IMG/VR virus record: IMGVR_UViG_3300008050_000022
Location: 41,938-105,937 of that record
DNA: 64,000 nucleotides
DNA from: a virus
Reading direction: 5' to 3' (one strand)
In this document: positions 9,577 through 19,300 of the stretch, piece after piece
How the letters are laid out: the number at the start of each line of letters is the position of its first letter
Position numbering within the stretch: the first letter of the stretch is position 1
Program-made: the position numbers and the translations under genes
The notes under the pieces: generated by a model
The model's database searches: none
The model's input: the letters and a program-made list of their open reading frames with translations, nothing else
Told to the model about the DNA's origin: nothing

Positions 9577-9655
9577 ACCCGACCTGCTGGGAGGCCAGCC
9601 CTCCCCCCTAAGACGGGGGAGGGTTCAGGTCGGGTTAGGCCGCCTGGGGAAGGCG
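9577..9655 (+). other. Structured intergenic element (predicted three-way junction plus hairpin)
   Basis: ACCCGACCTG (9577-9586) pairs with CAGGTCGGGT (9626-9635), enclosing CTGG-gagg-CCAG and CCCTCCCCC-N7-GGGGGAGGG. Confidence 0.55.
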
Positions 9656-9666
9656 AGCTGATCGAG

Positions 9667-9849
9667 TTGACCTCTGAGGATCTCCGATCCATGACGGACT
9701 TGGAGCTCATCGACTTCTGCTCCAACGAAGTCGGGATGGTGCTGGAAGACGAGGACCTGGTTCGCCGAGGCGACAAGGTGATCGGCTGCAAGAGAAGCCG
9801 CCTGTACACCAGGCTGATGAGATTCGCGTACGACGTCCGGCCTCTCTAA
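9667..9849 (+). CDS. Small hypothetical protein
   Basis: 60-aa ORF with genome-like codon usage, last gene of the + block. Confidence 0.6.
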   Translation: MTSEDLRSMTDLELIDFCSNEVGMVLEDEDLVRRGDKVIGCKRSRLYTRLMRFAYDVRPL

Positions 9850-9868
9850 GGGTCGGGCGTCTGCGCCC

Positions 9869-10093
9869 TCACCGCTTTTTAGCTATTTCCGCGATCTTGT
9901 TCAGATGCTGTGCGTAGCTAGAGCTACGCCGGCGTACCTGCACACCCCGCTTACGAGCTCGGGCGGGCATGGCCGCCACGATGTCTGCTGGAGGAGAGCC
10001 CTTGTGCTTCGGAGCGGGGGCTTGTTCGGGCAGCACATGCTTCATGGCCTGAGCCGCAGCCTTAGCCAGCTTGATGGGGTCCGACACGATCAC
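9869..10093 (-). CDS. Small basic late protein with K-[IL]-A motifs
   Basis: GTG at 10093 overlaps the upstream TGA. Reads MIVSDPIKLA... and ends LNKIAEIAKKR. Confidence 0.6.
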   Translation of the reverse strand: MIVSDPIKLAKAAAQAMKHVLPEQAPAPKHKGSPPADIVAAMPARARKRGVQVRRRSSSYAQHLNKIAEIAKKR

Positions 10094-13000
10094 GGGTTGA
10101 TCCGGTTGTACTGGCAACCGAGCGTGGCTCCCAGGAACTTGAACCGAGTAATTTGCTTAACCGCTGTGAACACCGTCGCCGACGCAGCGTTCGCCGAGAT
10201 ATCGGACGCAAGCCCGATCCGCATACCCGAGGTCCCGTCGGGGTTATCGACCAGGTAATGATTCACGTCCTGGTTGACTCCACCGCCCTTACCCCAGCAA
10301 CGAAGCACTAGGGCGTAAGAGAACTGCCGCCTGTCCACATGAGCAGGGTTGAGAACAGTGACCTGCGGATCCTCTACCTCGGTGTAGAGCTCCTCATGCA
10401 GATCAAGCTTCAGCAGATACTGTCGATCTGTTCGAACGTCCTGGTTGATCTCATTCCCATCGCATTTTTGGTCTATGGACTTTGTAGTGGGAGCCACTCC
10501 CTCCATCCAAGGGATGTCGACCTCCTTGGAGAGGATCACTTCGGAGAAGCCGTGGGCAATGCTGCTCACTACTGCCGCCCCCACCTCTCGTTCCTCGTCA
10601 AAGGCGTTCTCCGTCGGGGAGACCCAGTACCTGTGGAGCTCTAGGAGGAAGCCGATATCACTTGCTGACGCCTGCGTCATCCCTCCCGGAGTGCAGGAGG
10701 TTCCGTAGAAAATTCCTCCGTCCGGAGTCCAGGAACCTTCCACATCCTTCCCCCCAGGACGGTAACCGAATCCGACTGTCAACGAGGACAGGATGGATCC
10801 GTGAGGGGGATCCAATCGGATGATGTGGCCCACCATCGGGGGGAAGCAACCCAGCCCGTCATCCAACGGGCTCTGCGGCATGAATCTGTCATGGACAAAG
10901 TTGAAGCACGCGGAGTGCTTGCCCCTTCTCCAGTACAGGTAAGGATCTGCTAGATCTAGGAAGTTCTCCCCCGTCAGCTTGACCTCACCGTCTAAATGCA
11001 GTACACGCCTTCCCGCCAGGAAGGCCATGTTCGGGGGGCTAATCTTCCCCTCATCTCCCGTGACAGTGGCGCCGTAGGTCCTGGATCTATCATCCCATGG
11101 GACCTCATCACCGTAGCCGCCCTCTGAGTAACACTCTGCACTCTCGGGGCCGTAGGACTTGTAGTCCATGGCCGTGCCCGCGATGGAGAACCCTGCAGCC
11201 AACACCGGCCCCTCGTTCACCAGCACTCCGTGGTGAACGTCTACGGCTTCGGTATCCACTACTAGGCTGTAGATGAAGAGCTTCTCTTCTCCGGTTCCGG
11301 CCTCGTGCTCTACATCACGCATCCAGGTCTGCCCCAGGCCGAGGCGCACCATCACGGGGGTGCCGTCTGAGAGAGCGTCCGCCGCCGCCTCTCTCAGATC
11401 GTCAGGACTGTCGAAGAAGAGCTCCGTAAACGTAGTGACGTCAGGCAGCAGCTGGAACGTCTGTGCAGGGGCCGCCTCGTTCCAGGGAGCGAAGTTCTGT
11501 CCAACAAGGGCGACTGAGATCGTCTTCTCGTCGTCGAAGTTCTGCGTCCCTGACCACCGCAACCCGATCTTCACTCGAATCCTGAAATGCCGCTGTCGGA
11601 CCCACCTAGCTCCGCCAGTATATGCGTGCAGCGTCTCAGGGTCTGCCTCCGCCGTGCCGTTAGACCAGTTGAGGAGGATTGCCCCTAGAGGTTCGGAGAC
11701 GTCGTCGAAAAGGTTGTCTGGGTCCTTGAAATCTGTGCTGAGCCTGAATGTCCCACCGACGCCATTGTCCCGGAACACCCACTCCGAGCTGTTAAAATTC
11801 AGGTCTCCAAGATCTCCAAGATCTAGGGGCTCGTAGAGGGGGTGCCAGGCCTGGTTAGCGATCGGCGGACGAGAGGCGTTCTGGAGCGCCCCGAGGAGAG
11901 CTTCCTCTTTCCTCGACATGCCTGCGGCGTAGTCATTCAGGAACAGGGTAGGGGGTGAAAGCGGCCCGTTCGGACCCAGCCCCATCGGGTAGCCCGCCAT
12001 ATCGCGCGCCTTGGAGTCCTTGTCCAGGAACCTGCCGAACGCCCCTAGCTGCTTGAACGCGATGTCCGGGTCTTCCCCCGGTGTGGCGGTCATGTAGGTG
12101 CCGACAGTGAACCATGACTCGATATCGAGGTTCGCCCAGTGCCACCGGTTACCTAGAACCGTAATCCTCTGGTTAGCAGAAGCGTCCGCAGTCAGGGCCG
12201 TAGCTCCTACGTAATCAGGGTGATACACCTCGAACAGGTGGTACCTGTAGCCTAGCCCAGTGATCGACTCGTCCAGAGACACGTTGACGATCACGTAGTC
12301 CCCCGCCTTCGCGGCATTGGCTCCGGCTAGATCATAGAGTCTTGCGATCTGCCCGACGAATGCTGACGGATCCTCGACCGGCGTACCTGGATGCGTGTAG
12401 AAACGCACGAACCCGCTGGTTCTAGCTGATCTGGACGAGGCAGCGTCCGGAGCCTCGATAGTGCAGAGATGTCCTCCCGTACCTCGATACGGGAGAACCC
12501 GCCCTGGCTGACCCAATCGGGCCGAGATCCGCTCTTCCAGAACAGCGGGGTTCCCTTCTCGAGCCACATCGTGGTTGGTCTCCCAGTACCGCATCCACGG
12601 CTCAGACATGGGGGAGTTCGAGAACCTGGACGTGCTAGACAGCTCCGAGTACGTGCCTCCGTACATCTCGTGCAGGTTTTCTCCGTCCGGCCAGGAGATC
12701 CGGGGATCCCACTGGTAGACGCCGCCCATGATTTCGAGGGCACCGCCCTGCATCATAGACCACCTGTCCTCTCGAACGATGACGCCTGTAGCCTTGCCAT
12801 CCACGAATGTGATGTCGTCTGGATTCGGAAGGTCGGCGTGGGCTCCACCGGTCTGCCAGCCCACCGCTACGAACGCGGAGTCGGTGCCCACCTGCGCCAG
12901 GTATAGCGCGGTGCCCATCATGGAAGGACTGGCCTTAGTGCCGTCCATGGAGTACGTGTCTGCGATCAGAGCGCCGGCCCAGCCGCCCCTCTTAACCGTA

Positions 13001-15690
13001 TCCGCGTCCTCAGAATCTCCGTAGTGCCGAGCAAGGAATCCTCTGGCCGGCTCGGTAGTCGCGATGTCTGTAGCAGGACCTCGCGTCAGCCCCAGCCCCA
13101 GCCCCTTTGAGAGCAAGTCCGGGTCGTTCAGGCGCATGACGATGCCGGAGGACGTACCTCTCCAGTCAATCCCTACGACGCCCATGTGGGCAGAGTCGGC
13201 AGTGCGATCGTCTGACCACTCCTTCGCATCGTCGAAGAAGAGGTTGGCGATTCGGACATCTAGATCGGCAGCGTAGCCGTCAGCTACCAGGTACTTCAGT
13301 AGCGCGAAGCCTTGAGTCGGCAAGTACAGGTGACCTCGAGCCGTGCTCGTAGCGTCGAAGTTCGGACGGGTGCCGTCGAAGTTCTGGAGGTACACCCGGA
13401 GAGGTACACCAGCGATTCGGTTGACGACGTACCAGCCATCATTCCCTTGCCCCTCTGTGATCCTGATGATCGACGGGGTGATCGACGGGTCCTTTACGTC
13501 ATCCTCGAATGCTCGAATGTTCGACGTGGTGGTAGGGTTCATCCCTGCGGGGAACGTGACGCTGTTGTCTCCGCCGGCGAACTCCACATCGAACACATCC
13601 ATCGGTAGTGCTGCGGCGTCCTCGTGAGTGCCGCACTCACGAAGGCCGAGCATGTGGTGCCCGTACTCCCTGCCCGCAACCCGATCCTCCTCATGGACGT
13701 AGCCCAGCCGACCGTAGCTGTTCGACTGCAGTACGTGGGTGCTCATCGATGCAGGGAAGCCGTTGAAACGGTCCTGCATGATCGAGTAGGAGTAGGAGCC
13801 TCCTGTGGGGATAGCCGGGTTGTTCTCTCCCGGCTCCACCACGACGTGTTCTGCGTCCAAGTAGTCGATGATGCAGAAGGACTGGTAGTTCCTCAGGGAT
13901 CCACCGATCCCTCCAGGAATCACCATGAACTCTCGGCCAACATCGTCTAGAGAGAAGTTCTCTCCGGTGATGTAGACCACGTTGCCGGCCTGGATCGTAG
14001 CGGTGACTCCAGTCCTGTTGGACGTGCCTGCCTGCGGGGTCTTCGGCGTGAGGTTGTTCCACTCCGGGGCGTTCCAGTCCACGTTGACGAAGTACCCGCC
14101 ACCACCGCCACGTCCCTGACCGTCGTAGGCGCCCTGGAGACTGATGCGTCTCCACAGGAGCTCCATGGTGACGTCGGCCTCACCTGCGTAACCGTTACCG
14201 CCAGGCAGAGTGTGGGCGAAGGGAGGCTGGGTGAAGTCGTCCGTGCTGTCCAGCAGCGGGCCCTTCATCTCCCGGATGACCTTCTGCACCAGGTCGTCTA
14301 CCTCTTCCGAGGTGGAGAGAGCGATGCGGAGGAGGTGGTCTGTGGGCAGGCTGCAGAGGCTGTATCCGCCACCCAGCATGAGCGTGAACTTCGCCGCTCC
14401 GGCAGTTGCAGGGATGGGCGGGTCGAAGGTCAGCCACACGTCCTCTGAGAAGAGGCCTCCCTGGAAGATCTCCACGTTGCCGAAGACTCCGGTACCGGGG
14501 TTGAGCTCCCCTCGGTCGCCAGCGTTCGTGGGCCGTAGGAGGATCGTCTCCTCGTCGAAGACCTGCTCGACCGTGTACGACCCGTCGTGGTTGAAGGGGA
14601 CGTTGACGGTGGATCCACTGATGGTGGCTACGTCACCAGGTACGACTCCGTCAGTGAGGAACGTGGCACCTGCACATCGAATGGCAGAGCGGTACAGGAT
14701 CTCCGAAATGCCGACCGAGGCAGTCTTCTTGACGTTGACGCCTAGCAGTCCCTTGCCGTCCGCCGGGAGCCACGGGGCGGTCGAGTCCGCCATCGCTACA
14801 ATCGGAGGATCAGTGTCCGAGCTGCCGAAGTTTGGGGGCGCTCCATTTCTCTGTCCGTGTGTCACAGCAGAGACTCTGACAGGGTACCCGCCTACAATGA
14901 TCTCCACCCTGTTCGGGTCGGTGACCGCGAAGTAGTCGGCGATGTCCTGGAGGCTGGAGTCCTGATTGTCTAGGCCGATGCCCAGGTACACCCGGTCGGA
15001 GAGGCCGGCATTGATCGCAGAGAGTCCACCGACATTGATCTGGTCGATGTTCCCGTCAGACTGCTTGATTCGAGCGGGCAGCCAAGGGTTGCCTACGGCG
15101 ACGGAGTCCACCTCCACGATCATCGGGAGGGCTACCTCCCGCTCGAGACAGGCGTTCAAGTAGTCTGCGTTGACCGACAACGCTCCAGCGACGCGGTTCA
15201 AGACGTCCGACGTGACATCCTCTCCGTCGGCGGCCATGTAGGTGCCGACGGGGTTGTTCTCAGAGCCTCCAGCAGGGGAGTAGGCTCGGTCTCCTCCCTC
15301 TACTAGCGCCAGGGGATCAGGACTGACCGGGAAGCCGAGTAGCGCAGAGGCGTCGTTGCCTCCAGCGTCAACGATCTCTACCGAGGCGCCGTCACCCGAG
15401 GCGTTGGAGAGGATGACTACGTAGCCCCCTCGATCCTCTGCACTACCTACAGCGCCTAGAGCGGTGTTGATGTCTGCGATGATCGTGTTGATCACCAAGC
15501 CGCTGAAGCTGAGCGGGATAGCCGCACCACCGTCGATCTTGATCGACATGTCCGCAGGTAGGGCCATGCCCGGGAACTGCAGAGTGGCGTCGCTGCGTCG
15601 GATGGACCCACGGATGGACGGCTGAGCCTGGATCAGCTCTCGGGCATTGCCGCCCAGAATGGGTCGTCTCGTGTATCGGAGGGACATCAA
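10090..15690 (-). CDS. Very large virion protein (tail fibre/appendage-like, 1866 aa)
   Basis: Gly/Asp-rich beta-type composition; shares the GD-x-L...G-x-Y repeat with the baseplate proteins; downstream of the baseplate genes. Confidence 0.7.
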   Translation of the reverse strand: MMSLRYTRRPILGGNARELIQAQPSIRGSIRRSDATLQFPGMALPADMSIKIDGGAAIPLSFSGLVINTIIADINTALGAVGSAEDRGGYVVILSNASGDGASVEIVDAGGNDASALLGFPVSPDPLALVEGGDRAYSPAGGSENNPVGTYMAADGEDVTSDVLNRVAGALSVNADYLNACLEREVALPMIVEVDSVAVGNPWLPARIKQSDGNIDQINVGGLSAINAGLSDRVYLGIGLDNQDSSLQDIADYFAVTDPNRVEIIVGGYPVRVSAVTHGQRNGAPPNFGSSDTDPPIVAMADSTAPWLPADGKGLLGVNVKKTASVGISEILYRSAIRCAGATFLTDGVVPGDVATISGSTVNVPFNHDGSYTVEQVFDEETILLRPTNAGDRGELNPGTGVFGNVEIFQGGLFSEDVWLTFDPPIPATAGAAKFTLMLGGGYSLCSLPTDHLLRIALSTSEEVDDLVQKVIREMKGPLLDSTDDFTQPPFAHTLPGGNGYAGEADVTMELLWRRISLQGAYDGQGRGGGGGYFVNVDWNAPEWNNLTPKTPQAGTSNRTGVTATIQAGNVVYITGENFSLDDVGREFMVIPGGIGGSLRNYQSFCIIDYLDAEHVVVEPGENNPAIPTGGSYSYSIMQDRFNGFPASMSTHVLQSNSYGRLGYVHEEDRVAGREYGHHMLGLRECGTHEDAAALPMDVFDVEFAGGDNSVTFPAGMNPTTTSNIRAFEDDVKDPSITPSIIRITEGQGNDGWYVVNRIAGVPLRVYLQNFDGTRPNFDATSTARGHLYLPTQGFALLKYLVADGYAADLDVRIANLFFDDAKEWSDDRTADSAHMGVVGIDWRGTSSGIVMRLNDPDLLSKGLGLGLTRGPATDIATTEPARGFLARHYGDSEDADTVKRGGWAGALIADTYSMDGTKASPSMMGTALYLAQVGTDSAFVAVGWQTGGAHADLPNPDDITFVDGKATGVIVREDRWSMMQGGALEIMGGVYQWDPRISWPDGENLHEMYGGTYSELSSTSRFSNSPMSEPWMRYWETNHDVAREGNPAVLEERISARLGQPGRVLPYRGTGGHLCTIEAPDAASSRSARTSGFVRFYTHPGTPVEDPSAFVGQIARLYDLAGANAAKAGDYVIVNVSLDESITGLGYRYHLFEVYHPDYVGATALTADASANQRITVLGNRWHWANLDIESWFTVGTYMTATPGEDPDIAFKQLGAFGRFLDKDSKARDMAGYPMGLGPNGPLSPPTLFLNDYAAGMSRKEEALLGALQNASRPPIANQAWHPLYEPLDLGDLGDLNFNSSEWVFRDNGVGGTFRLSTDFKDPDNLFDDVSEPLGAILLNWSNGTAEADPETLHAYTGGARWVRQRHFRIRVKIGLRWSGTQNFDDEKTISVALVGQNFAPWNEAAPAQTFQLLPDVTTFTELFFDSPDDLREAAADALSDGTPVMVRLGLGQTWMRDVEHEAGTGEEKLFIYSLVVDTEAVDVHHGVLVNEGPVLAAGFSIAGTAMDYKSYGPESAECYSEGGYGDEVPWDDRSRTYGATVTGDEGKISPPNMAFLAGRRVLHLDGEVKLTGENFLDLADPYLYWRRGKHSACFNFVHDRFMPQSPLDDGLGCFPPMVGHIIRLDPPHGSILSSLTVGFGYRPGGKDVEGSWTPDGGIFYGTSCTPGGMTQASASDIGFLLELHRYWVSPTENAFDEEREVGAAVVSSIAHGFSEVILSKEVDIPWMEGVAPTTKSIDQKCDGNEINQDVRTDRQYLLKLDLHEELYTEVEDPQVTVLNPAHVDRRQFSYALVLRCWGKGGGVNQDVNHYLVDNPDGTSGMRIGLASDISANAASATVFTAVKQITRFKFLGATLGCQYNRINP

Positions 15691-16331
15691 ACCACCCGGA
15701 GTTCGTAGATGACCTCTAGCGTACGCCCAGTCGTCTTGGTGAAGGGGTCGAAGGTCTTGTAGCCAACCGGAGCGGTCAGCTTAGCCGTGTCGAATGCCGT
15801 AGGACGCGGAGGGATGTTGCTGTTGGCTGGATCACCGTCCGTGAAGCAGCCGAATTCAGTGAGTACGACTGGGCCGGCCAGGCTGATCTCTGTCTCGGCG
15901 TATTCTCGGATGAGCTGCACCGAGGTCTTCGGGGTACCCAGACTGACGGAGGGGAAAGTGGCAGGGACCTGAGCCGCTGCCAGGAACTCTCCTGCGACGT
16001 AGGGAACAGGATCCACCAGGCGAGCTACCGCAGCTACCTCAGGGGTAGAGCCGGTGCCTAGGCCGAAGTACAACAGAGCGTCATCACGATTCTTGGTACG
16101 CGTAGGAACCAGCGAGGCCAGGCTGATGGTCTCGACGATGTACTCACGACCCGTCAGGGTCCAGATGTTGTGTCCTTCCCGGCGGCTACCGGGAACGATC
16201 TTCCCCCGTTCCCGCATAAGGCACGAGAAGTGGCCCCCGATGGTGGGGCCGTCGTGGGGCGGGGTGTCAGGCGACGGACCACGGCCACCGAAGAAGAGCC
16301 TGTCTGCGATCCTTGCGAAGTCTTTGAACAT
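15687..16331 (-). CDS. Baseplate/tail-collar-like structural protein
   Basis: HNIWTLTG...YFGLGTG...LTEFGCF...YKTF.PFTKT...LEVIYEL resembles fibre-attachment domains. Confidence 0.65.
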   Translation of the reverse strand: MFKDFARIADRLFFGGRGPSPDTPPHDGPTIGGHFSCLMRERGKIVPGSRREGHNIWTLTGREYIVETISLASLVPTRTKNRDDALLYFGLGTGSTPEVAAVARLVDPVPYVAGEFLAAAQVPATFPSVSLGTPKTSVQLIREYAETEISLAGPVVLTEFGCFTDGDPANSNIPPRPTAFDTAKLTAPVGYKTFDPFTKTTGRTLEVIYELRVV

Positions 16332-16333
16332 TC

Positions 16334-19300
16334 TTACCTCACTACGCGGAGAAGCCTACCAGTTACCGCTCCAGCCGGAGCCGGAGCGTTCGTCAGGTCG
16401 AAGGTCGTGGCTGCGGTCACAGTAGAGATCACGTACTGCCCCGCATCGACTCCGTCCAAGATCTCAAAGAGATCCCCTGGATTCAGCTGGTTGTTCACTA
16501 GATCGCCTCCCAAGTACGTTACCGTATCTCCTGCGATGGTGAACGCCAAGTCGTCATCCAGCACCTCTACCGTGGCCGGAACCACGGACGTCTGCAGATC
16601 AGTCTCGAGGGTAAGGTCGTTCCCGGACACGCCAGCGATCTTGTATACACCGGAGTTGTCCCCTACGACCTGCACATAGTGGCCTATCGCAGCGCCGCCA
16701 GCCTGGAAGTCGGTACCGGCAGAGGAAAGCACTCTGCCGCTGGCTGTGACGTCAGCGATGCCTGTCAAGGCACCTACTACTGCTCGAGGGCGCTCCATCA
16801 CCAGCGTCAGCTGATCCTTCAGGGACCAGTGCTTGAGCTGGTTGAGTAGCATGCCACCGCCCTCACCCAGACCCTTAGTACGTCGGATCTCCCAGTCTGC
16901 TCCGCCGTAGTTGGCAGGTGGGGGAGGGCGAACGTACAGCTCGGTAGCGCTAATCACGTCCAAGACCTGATACGTGCCAGCACTGGGCCCGTCCAGGATG
17001 CGGAGCTCGTCGAAGGTCTGTAGTAGCTCGAGGTCGAAGTTCTGGGCAGCGACGGAGACCTGGTTGCTCCCAGCCACCGTTGCCATGTTCTTCTGGCCGC
17101 TGAGGATGGGGTTGGTGCGGAGACACTCCCTCACGATGCTGTACACGGCAGATGAAGACGCTGCGGGAGTCGGGTCGATGCGGAGAGTGGTCCAAGGGAA
17201 TACGCCGCTAGTAGTCTCCCAAGGATTCGGCCCAATTCCTGGATTGATCATCTCCGTGATCGTGTAGACCTCCCGGTTAGCGGTGTCCCAGATGATCAGC
17301 TTGTCACCTACCGCGACCCCCTCCGTGTAGAAGCCGTTCAGCCCGTCCACCACGGTGTTGACACCTGCTGACATGGTGAGCTTCGACCCATTCGTGATCT
17401 CGTACCCGGTGGGCCGGTACACGAAGAAGGTCTGAGCCGTGTCCGCCTGAAGCCCATCGACACCCGGAGCTGCGAAGGGGTAGGTGGTGTGCTGCTTGAT
17501 CACCAGGTCGGTGTCGGAGCTAACGCTGTCTACCTCGTACCAGCCCGCGTTCTGCCCTAGAGGGATGTACAGCAGGTCACCTGCACGTACCAGGGGATCG
17601 TTGTGCCACACCGTCAATGCCGAGTAGGCGGGGTGAGGGGCGTTCGCTAGCGGGGCCTGGAACCCTCCTCGCACGGAGGACACGGTGGCCGTGGCTCCGG
17701 CACCGTCAGGCGTCACCAGGTCCCAGCCTGCGAACATCTGCCGAGACATGAGGGGAGGGGCCCCTAGGAAGTTCAGGTGGAAGCCTAGCCCGTTGTGGGC
17801 ATCCAGCTGAGCGGTGGCCTCGATGGGGAAGATGTCGTCGGTGAGGTACTGCTTACCGTGGGTGTAGAGCGTGTCCTGGATCTCCATGTCATCGGTGAGC
17901 GGCTTCACCATCTTGGCGACCACATCGACCCAAGCAGGGTCGAACACCTTGACGAACTGGGCCGCCAGATCCAAGTCATCTGGGTTCACTACGTCGATGC
18001 TCGCTCGCAGAGACCACCGGTGGTACTTCTGAAGCTCTGCGGACGAGGCGCCCTGGTGATACTCCCCCTTCCACCAGTCGGGATCGTTCACGTAATCCGA
18101 GACGACGACCCCCTTGGACAGGGCAGCAAACCGCTCCACCGTATCCCCGACCTTGTATGTCTCCCCTGTCGCAGGATTGGTCTCGAGCCCTGCAAAGTCA
18201 ACTACGTCGTCAGCATTCAGGGGCGGGAAGAAGTAGATCCTCACCAGCCCTGTGCCCACCCCATCATCATCCAGGTCTTCTACAAGGATCCTTCCCAACG
18301 AGGGCAGCCCGGTGTCGGGGTCCAGGGAGTAGTCCTCCTTGATGTCCAGGATCTGCCCCCGCACGTCAGCGACCGGCAGCCCTAGAAGGATCTGCACACC
18401 GAGGCGGATGTTGCCCTCCTTGGGTCCATTGGCCCAGGCGTACATGAGGCCCAGTACCGCTTCTCGGTAGGTGGTAGAGCTGGTGTTCCTGGAACTGAGA
18501 TCCTCCTCGGAGAAGGAGACCATCATTCCGAAGTTGTCTTCGATGACCTCTGAGTTGTCCAGGAAGGTCACCTCCGCCCACAGCCGGTCAGGGGCAGGGG
18601 CAGTCACTGAAAACGTGCCAGGAACGAAGCGAATGAACGTGCCAGACGTGCTCCGCTCCAGTGTGTACGGCAACGCAGTGTCAGTGAACAGGAAGGCGGC
18701 CCCCGTAAGAGAGTTCAACACCTGCAGCTGCGTCTCTGACAACACCTGGACTATGGTGTAGTCGAGCTCCAACACCTTCAACGTGTCGCCTATTCGGACG
18801 TTCCGGCTGAGGAATCTTCCGGCTGCCGAGGTGAATGTCGGAGACCCTAGAGTGGTCGCACCATCTCGTCCGGAGAAGTCCATCTCCCCGTCAACTACGT
18901 ACTCCAGGTTCTCCGTGAGCGACACCGGGATGTTGGGCACCTGTGTAAGCGCCCCATCCCGACTTGCCACGTGCACGTCTCCGTCCTGGAGCGACACGAA
19001 GGGGGTAGCGATGTACTCCCGCAGGCCGGGGATAGCTCGAGTCTTTTCGTCTACGAGGATGAGAGAGTTCCGAATGATTCCCTGAGCAGCGACGTAGAAA
19101 GTGTGCCCCGCAATCGTAACGGGCTCCCCGAACTCGACGGGGATGTTGTGGTACATGGCAGAGAACTGGTAGCTGCGAACTCCAGTATTCAGGGACGCAG
19201 CATCCCCCTCCAGGACCAGGTCCCCCAGCCCATTCCGAGTGGCTCCTGCTACCCCCAAGCTCTCCGCAAGCGCCTCAATCTCTACATCGGTAAGATCGAG

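Noticed and set aside
10090-15690. Diversity-generating retroelement targeting the fibre-like protein
   Set aside because: No reverse transcriptase and no template/variable repeat pair seen in the window.
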